From an uncultured Alphaproteobacteria bacterium (GTDB taxonomy: Bacteria; Pseudomonadota; Alphaproteobacteria; CAAHEQ01; UBA3637): a stretch of 64,000 nt of DNA. How positions within the stretch are numbered: the first letter of the stretch is position 1; each line of letters begins with the position of its first letter. The DNA lies in the NCBI GenBank assembly GCA_944392145.1, contig CALXVS010000005.1, positions 1,045 through 65,044 of the forward strand, in the 5' to 3' direction. Positions 57,965 through 64,000 of this stretch are shown here, piece after piece. Position numbers and translations under genes: made by a program. A model generated the notes under the pieces. That model was not told the origin of the DNA. It made no database searches and saw only the letters and a list, made by a program, of their open reading frames with translations.

Positions 57965-60002
57965 AACGGAAATTATATTTAAGCCGATGACACGGCGGCG
58001 AATCAGGCTGCGGCGATTGGTATTGTTTTTGTGTGTGACACTTTCAACAATTGTTGCAACAACAAAATGGATTACTTATTTACCCAGCGATGCGGCAAAA
58101 GGTGTTCAAGCGGCGTTAGTTTTATTATTTGCGTTGACATTCGGATGGATTGCGCTGTTCTTTTTTTCATCGGTCGCCGGTTTTTTCACCCTTTTAAAAA
58201 ACCGCCGGATGCCCGGGTTGGTGCGGGTGCCTTTCGGAACAAAGCTTCACTCACGAAATGTTATTTTAATGCCGGTTTATAACGAAGATCCGCATGCCGT
58301 TTTTGCCCGTTTAACAGCAATGGCCGAGGATTTGGTACAAACGGGACAAGAAAAGCATTTTGATTTTTTTGTCATCAGTGATACGACCAAGCCGGATATC
58401 TGGCTGTTAGAGGAAGAACGCTTTTTGGCACTGAAAGATCATTTTCAAAAATTGGGTATTCGGTTGTTTTATCGGCGACGGCCGCGGAATGTGGCGCGTA
58501 AAAGCGGTAATATAGAAGATTTTTGCGTTCGCTTTGGGGCCGGATATGATTTTATGGTTGTTTTAGATGCCGATAGTTTAATGCGGGGCGATACGTTGGT
58601 TAAAATGGCGCAGTTAATGGAGGTCAATCCTACGACCGGTATTATTCAGGCACCACCCGCGTTAATAAACGGTCAGTCACGGTTTGCCCGATTACAGCAG
58701 TTTGCCGGTCATGTTTACGGTCCCGTTATTACGGCCGGTTTGGCATGGTGGCAGGTATGGGACAGCAATTACTGGGGGCATAATGCCATTATCCGGATTA
58801 AAGCATTTCAAGACAGCTGTGCCTTGCCTATTTTAAGCGGTAAAGCGCCATTTGGGGGGATGATTTTAAGTCACGATTTTGTTGAAGCGGCATTGATTCG
58901 GCGGGCCGGTTGGTTGGCGTGGATGTTACCTGAATTAGGGGGCAGTTACGAAGAATGTCCGCCGTCATTGATTGATTTCGCGGCCCGGGATCGGCGTTGG
59001 TGTCAAGGAAACTTGCAGCATATTCGGATTTTATTTTCCAAAAATTTACATCCGGTCAGTCGGATTCACTTCCTGTGCGGAATTATGTCATATGTTTCGT
59101 CACCGTTATGGTTTTTATTTTTGGTTTTGGGGTTGGGGATTGCTTTCTGGCGTGTTTTTTTCCCGCCCGTTTACTTTGCACCGGTCAAAACATTGTTCCC
59201 TACGTGGCCGGTATTTGATTGGATGGGGACTTTAATTTTATTTATCGTCTCAATGGCTTTTTTGATTACGCCTAAAATTTTGGGGGGTATTTATATTTCA
59301 ATCAATCGGCGACGTGTAAAGCGCTTTGGCGGACACATAGCATTGTGGTCGGGTTTTTTAGCCGAAACGGTGGTCAGTATACTGACGGCACCGATTATGA
59401 TGTTGTTTCAAACACGGTTTGTTTTTGAAATTTTATCGGGGTTTGATTCGGGCTGGAATACACAAAATCGGGGAGCGGAAGGGACCTCTTGGCGGCAAGC
59501 GTTCCGTCATCATGCGGGGCATACGGTTGTGGGACTTTTAACGATTGTTGCCGTTTGGCTGTATATTCCCCGATTGTTTTGGTGGGTTTTACCCGTTGCT
59601 GCCGGGTTGGTGCTATCTGTGCCTATCAGCGTATGGTTATCCCGCACAGCAATGTCCGGTCAGCATCAAAAACCACGGTTGTTCGGTATTCCGACAGAAA
59701 CACGCCCCCCTCTTTTGTTGATGCGGGCAAACGCATTATTAAAAAAAGCGCCTCCCCATTTTGATGATGTTTTTAACCAATTTTTAAAAGATCCTGTGTG
59801 GTTGAATGCTCATATTGTTTTGTTACGGGCAAACGGGCCGGCACCGGCGGTTGATGCCACCGTTCGGGAAAGTTTAGCCCGAAAAAGTGCAGCATTTATA
59901 CACCATGGTCAGCCGCTTTCCCTAACAGATGCAGAAAAAATCGCCTGTTTATATCGGCCGGATTTACTCCGACAGTTGGCGCTTGCCTCTTTACCCGTTT
60001 AA
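57945..60002 (+). CDS. opgH: Glucans biosynthesis glucosyltransferase H
   Basis: MPVYNED, YRRR..N..RK.GNI, LDADS, YWGHNAIIR, LSHDFVEA, RDRRWCQGNLQH. Confidence 0.96.
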   Translation: MRKSVSETEIIFKPMTRRRIRLRRLVLFLCVTLSTIVATTKWITYLPSDAAKGVQAALVLLFALTFGWIALFFFSSVAGFFTLLKNRRMPGLVRVPFGTKLHSRNVILMPVYNEDPHAVFARLTAMAEDLVQTGQEKHFDFFVISDTTKPDIWLLEEERFLALKDHFQKLGIRLFYRRRPRNVARKSGNIEDFCVRFGAGYDFMVVLDADSLMRGDTLVKMAQLMEVNPTTGIIQAPPALINGQSRFARLQQFAGHVYGPVITAGLAWWQVWDSNYWGHNAIIRIKAFQDSCALPILSGKAPFGGMILSHDFVEAALIRRAGWLAWMLPELGGSYEECPPSLIDFAARDRRWCQGNLQHIRILFSKNLHPVSRIHFLCGIMSYVSSPLWFLFLVLGLGIAFWRVFFPPVYFAPVKTLFPTWPVFDWMGTLILFIVSMAFLITPKILGGIYISINRRRVKRFGGHIALWSGFLAETVVSILTAPIMMLFQTRFVFEILSGFDSGWNTQNRGAEGTSWRQAFRHHAGHTVVGLLTIVAVWLYIPRLFWWVLPVAAGLVLSVPISVWLSRTAMSGQHQKPRLFGIPTETRPPLLLMRANALLKKAPPHFDDVFNQFLKDPVWLNAHIVLLRANGPAPAVDATVRESLARKSAAFIHHGQPLSLTDAEKIACLYRPDLLRQLALASLPV

Positions 60003-60101
60003 AATTATAAAATCCCTCCTTTCGGTTGGTTTCTCTTGAAAAAAGAAATCATCTTATCTTACCTGATATGTCAGGGGATAAGGTCAAACAAAGGGGGTAA
60101 A

Positions 60102-61289
60102 ATGCGGGCACGCCGATTTGATTTAAATTTGTTAAGTGTGATTGCTATCGGAATCGGATCTATTGTCGGGGCCGGTATTTTCGCTTTATTGGGCGAAGTG
60201 ATTTTAAGTGCCGGCGATTTAACTTATTATGCCTTTTTAATCGCGGGTATTATTGCCATGTTATGTGGTTACTCATATGCTAAATTGGCGGCTGTTTATC
60301 CACAATCAGGCGGGTTAACAGATTATTTTTACCATGCTTTTCCGTCAAAGGTTATTTCGGGTGGTTTTTCCATTTTATATTGGTTGACGTCTTCTGTGTC
60401 TGTGTGCATGTTGGCAAAATCATTCGGCCTTTACATGCTGAATTTATTTCATCCTGTATATGATCCGACCTTGTTTGCCGATTTTTTTGCTGTTGTTTTA
60501 ATTGTGACACAGGCTTTTCTAAATATGGCCGGTGCCGATGATGTTGGCAAAGCCGAATTATTATTAGTCGGGATTAAAGTAGCCATTTTATTCATATTGA
60601 TTGTTACGGCATTTGCCGCTTTTGATGGAACAATACAAACACACCCCGTTACGGTGACAGGAGGATCATTTTTCAAAAGTATCGGTATTACCTTTTTTGC
60701 ATATGCCGGTTTTGGGGTGATTACCAATGCCGCCGCCGATGTCGCACGACCGCAAAAGACAATTACACATGCGATATATCTGACATTATTTATTGTCATG
60801 GCACTTTATATGTCATTGGCATTTGTGGTTTTAAATTTTGTCCCGTTAAAAGAATTAATGGCTGGTGCTGATACGGCGGTTACGGCGGCGGCCGAACGGC
60901 TTATGGGCGTGTGGGGATATGCGTTATTGTATTTAGCGGCGGTTATTGCTTTTGTTTCGGGGGTCAGTGCCACTTTTTTCAGCACGTTTCGCATTTCTCA
61001 ATCTTTGGCACATCAAGGGATTTTACCCCGTTTTTACGCCGAAAAGTTTTGGCGGCACGGATCTTGGGGAAACTTGTTATCTGTTGTTTTGATTGTGGCT
61101 GCAACCGTTTCATTTGATTTTAATGCTATTGTGAATTTATCCAGTGGCGCATTTTTGGTCAGTTATCTGGCAATTTTTATTGCAAATTGGGTTTTACGAG
61201 AAAAAACAAAACCTTCTGCTGTTTTGACATGGGGCGGTTTTATCTTACTTTCGGGTGTTTTTATCGGATTTATTTACGGTTTGTCTTAA
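60102..61289 (+). CDS. APC-family amino acid permease
   Basis: IGSIVGAGIF, SYAKLA..YPQSGG, FFAYAGF. Confidence 0.9.
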   Translation: MRARRFDLNLLSVIAIGIGSIVGAGIFALLGEVILSAGDLTYYAFLIAGIIAMLCGYSYAKLAAVYPQSGGLTDYFYHAFPSKVISGGFSILYWLTSSVSVCMLAKSFGLYMLNLFHPVYDPTLFADFFAVVLIVTQAFLNMAGADDVGKAELLLVGIKVAILFILIVTAFAAFDGTIQTHPVTVTGGSFFKSIGITFFAYAGFGVITNAAADVARPQKTITHAIYLTLFIVMALYMSLAFVVLNFVPLKELMAGADTAVTAAAERLMGVWGYALLYLAAVIAFVSGVSATFFSTFRISQSLAHQGILPRFYAEKFWRHGSWGNLLSVVLIVAATVSFDFNAIVNLSSGAFLVSYLAIFIANWVLREKTKPSAVLTWGGFILLSGVFIGFIYGLS

Positions 61290-61359
61290 TTTTTTCCATT
61301 GCTTTTTACCTTAAAAGGCTTATACTGATAACCTTTAAATTTGCAAGGAATATCGTTTC

Positions 61360-62721
61360 ATGGTTAAAAACATGACGTCCGGTCGGCCGATCAAGCTGAT
61401 TTTATTATTTTCGTTGCCTGTTTTTTTCGGGCAATTGTTTCAACAGTTGTATATGATTGGTGATTTGGTTATTGTCGGGCGGTATTTGGGTGTTGAATCT
61501 TTGGCCGCATTAGGGGGAACAATTCCGATTTTTGTTGTCTTATTGATGATGTCATTCGGATTTACCAGCGGGTTAAGTGTCATTGTGGCCCAACGGTTTG
61601 GAGCACGAGATACGGATGGTATTCGGCATTCTTATGCAACGGGATTAGTATTAAGTGGTATTTTTGCTGTTTTATCAATGGGAATCTGTATTCCGCTTTT
61701 ACCCGATATTTTAAAGCAAATGAATGTACCTGCTGCCCTGACAACATTATCGCATGATTTTATCGGAACCTTAATTTGGGGAATATCGGGTATGGTGTTT
61801 TATAATTACCTGTCCAATGTCTTAAGGGCGTTGGGGGACAGTAAAACACCCCTTTATTTTTTAATTTTTTCTTGTGTATTTAATTTATTGTTAAACCTGT
61901 GGTTGATTGTTTCCTTGGGGTTCGGGGTTAAGGGATCGGCTTTAGGCAGTGTTTGCGCACAAATGACATCGGTAATTTTGTGTGCTGTTTATTTGGTAAT
62001 ACGGTATCCCGTTTTACGTCTGAAACGAAGCGATTTTAACATGACAGCGGCTTTCATATGGGCGCATGTGCGTCTTGGTTTGCCGACCGCATTGCAGTTT
62101 TCCGTTATCGGATTAGGGGCGTTGGTGATTCAAGCTGTCTGCAATCGGTTCGGTATGAATGCCATTGCCGCAATGGTGGCCAGTCTGCGGGTTGAGCAAT
62201 TGTTTACATTGCCGTTGATGTCTTTAGGCCCCAGTATGGTTGTTTATGCCGCCCAAAATTTCGGGGCTTGTCGCATTCGGCGTATTCGTGAAGGCGTGCG
62301 GCAAGGATCGTTGTTTTCGTTCTTGTTAAGTTTTTTGATTGCGGCGGTTGTTTATATATGGGGTGAAAAAATCATCCTGTTGTTTTTAAAGGAACCGAAT
62401 GCCGAAATTGTCAGTTTGTCACATCAATATTTAAAGACAACAACCTTATTTTATTGTTTCTTGGGGCAAATATTTGTTTTCCGTCAAACATTGCAGGGAA
62501 TCGGCCAGCCCATGGTGCCGTTAATTTCGGGCTTTATTGAATTTGGCATGCGATCGTTCAGTGCATTGATTTTGGCGGCAGCATTCGGGTTCCCGGGGTT
62601 GTGCTATGCCTCTCCTGCAGCATGGATTGGTGCGGCAGCGGTTGTGGCATTGGGATACCGATATTACATACGCCGCTTGGCCTGCGGGTGTTTTTCGGGA
62701 CGGAAAAAGAAAGTTGCATAA
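61360..62721 (+). CDS. MATE-family efflux transporter
   Basis: FQQLY...D..IVGR, AQRFGA, LRALGDSKTPL, AQNFGA. Confidence 0.93.
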   Translation: MVKNMTSGRPIKLILLFSLPVFFGQLFQQLYMIGDLVIVGRYLGVESLAALGGTIPIFVVLLMMSFGFTSGLSVIVAQRFGARDTDGIRHSYATGLVLSGIFAVLSMGICIPLLPDILKQMNVPAALTTLSHDFIGTLIWGISGMVFYNYLSNVLRALGDSKTPLYFLIFSCVFNLLLNLWLIVSLGFGVKGSALGSVCAQMTSVILCAVYLVIRYPVLRLKRSDFNMTAAFIWAHVRLGLPTALQFSVIGLGALVIQAVCNRFGMNAIAAMVASLRVEQLFTLPLMSLGPSMVVYAAQNFGACRIRRIREGVRQGSLFSFLLSFLIAAVVYIWGEKIILLFLKEPNAEIVSLSHQYLKTTTLFYCFLGQIFVFRQTLQGIGQPMVPLISGFIEFGMRSFSALILAAAFGFPGLCYASPAAWIGAAAVVALGYRYYIRRLACGCFSGRKKKVA

Positions 62722-62775
62722 AAAAACGCCGAAAATTCGACGTTTTTTTATGGGTTAAATCCGAATGACATGTGT

Positions 62776-63291
62776 TTAAAAACCGCGTAAATAACGGTTC
62801 AATTCAAAAGCACCATAAACAATCAAGTATCCCCCCATTAACAAGGTGATTGTGACGGTGCCGATAAACGGGTAAAAGAAAATAAGCAAGGCAAAAATCA
62901 GCCCTACGATACCCGACGTGACAATCCAACTCCATGAACGATCCAGAACCTGTTTCAATTCCAAGCCGGCCGCAATTTGGGTAACGCCGATGAACAAACA
63001 CCACAGTCCGAATATCAACGGCATACTGACGGCAGTAATACCCAGGTTTGCCAAGAAAATCAGGCCGATAACAATGTCTAACAGGCCGATGCTTAATTGC
63101 ATATAGGATTTTGTGCGCCTAAAAACAATTAAATACCCAACACCCATTAAGATAAAAGTAATACCGATAAACAGTGCCGATGCAATCAGCGCGGTAATCG
63201 GATTGAGTAAAACATAAATACCGCAACCAATAAGCAAAATACTAATAATCAATAGCCATAAATTACGGGACGGTTGAACAATTTTTTCCAT
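62776..63291 (-). CDS. HdeD/DUF308-family membrane protein
   Basis: Six short TM hairpins with repeated G..I.G....P pattern. Confidence 0.75.
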   Translation of the reverse strand: MEKIVQPSRNLWLLIISILLIGCGIYVLLNPITALIASALFIGITFILMGVGYLIVFRRTKSYMQLSIGLLDIVIGLIFLANLGITAVSMPLIFGLWCLFIGVTQIAAGLELKQVLDRSWSWIVTSGIVGLIFALLIFFYPFIGTVTITLLMGGYLIVYGAFELNRYLRGF

Positions 63292-63377
63292 GATAAAGCC
63301 TCCTTTTGTTCTGTTATTTCGGATTCCCCCAGCAGATTATGTGGGCGTTTACCATGCGATTTTCAATATGCTGATAT

Positions 63378-63998
63378 TTATTGCACCAAGACACACTTAC
63401 CGTCTTTGACCTCACGTACTCCCTTGCAAGAATAACAACTGTCTTCTTCTTCAGGTGTTGTGACTTCGGGTGTTTCGTGGGAATCGCACCGATAGCAGTA
63501 TGATCCCACCCAAAAACGCGGTTTTGTCGTGCAGGCAAGGCACATGTCACGGTGTTCGCTGGATGTCCCGATATTTATCGAATCCACTATCGTACAATCA
63601 TGGCAAAATAAATAATTCCCATTGTTATTTAAGATTTGCGAACTACGCAGACTTTCTCCACGATTGCATGATTTTTGGGAAAAACAATATGAACCCGATA
63701 AATAATTGTGACAGGCTTCACAATATTGTCGGCATACCTCATTATCACAAGAAAAACCGCCCCCATCTCCAAATCCGGCGCAAGAATAACAAAACCCTCC
63801 ATATTGATGAGGATATGAAGTCCCTAATATGCATTTTTTTCCACATGTACCTTTTGTTGTTTCATCAACATATGTTCCTAACCATAATTTTTCAGGGTCG
63901 GTACATTGATCACACTGCTCTTTCGTTGCTTTAAAAGTTGAATCACAAGAATAACAGTTCCCATCAATAAAAACATGTGTTCCGGTGGGGCAGTTTGT
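63378..63998 (-). CDS. Cys-rich (CxxC-repeat) protein, 5' truncated by window edge
   Basis: Frame is open from 63998 to the stop at 63378: TNCPTG..CYSCD..CDQC..CYSC..CEAC..CHDC..CLAC..CYRC..CYSC. Confidence 0.75.
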   Translation of the reverse strand, partial: TNCPTGTHVFIDGNCYSCDSTFKATKEQCDQCTDPEKLWLGTYVDETTKGTCGKKCILGTSYPHQYGGFCYSCAGFGDGGGFSCDNEVCRQYCEACHNYLSGSYCFSQKSCNRGESLRSSQILNNNGNYLFCHDCTIVDSINIGTSSEHRDMCLACTTKPRFWVGSYCYRCDSHETPEVTTPEEEDSCYSCKGVREVKDGKCVLVQ

Positions 63999-64000
63999 CC

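Overview
Bacterial chromosomal window, most likely from a fairly low-GC alphaproteobacterium. This is an inference from the rho, gyrB and recA sequences, the recA-alaS adjacency and a GTTC-N7-GTTC LexA box at recA. The core regions (1-4.5 kb and 34.8-64 kb) carry rho, a highly divergent sucCD pair, a MoxR operon, rpmG, gyrB-recF-dnaN, alaS-recA, fabD, rpmJ, lnt, opgG/opgH and transporters. From 4.76 to 33.65 kb, downstream of tRNA-Arg(CCG) and tRNA-Gln(TTG), three accessory segments lie in tandem. They are separated by copies of a ~175-bp RtT-like tRNA-linked repeat, each ending in a fresh copy of the tRNA-Gln 3' 19 nt. The segments share non-coding machinery: a 50-bp att-like inverted-repeat site, a matching half-site at the right junctions, a ~395-bp conserved leader, a ~135-bp conserved block and a family of 25-28-bp AACCT..AGGTT palindromes. 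Segment A carries a NUDIX hydrolase, an orphan C5 methyltransferase, an HUH endonuclease, a Slam/lipoprotein pair and a resolvase. Segment B carries a transketolase remnant, GT2, an ABC exporter, a GT10 fucosyltransferase, two arylsulfate sulfotransferases, a porin, a broken panE and a large serine recombinase remnant. Segment C carries a helicase-nuclease and a type III Res fragment. Other oddities are SucD lacking its catalytic His and a 92-aa gene duplicated in inverted orientation around the 32-kb region. All calls come from reading motifs by eye; no searches were run.
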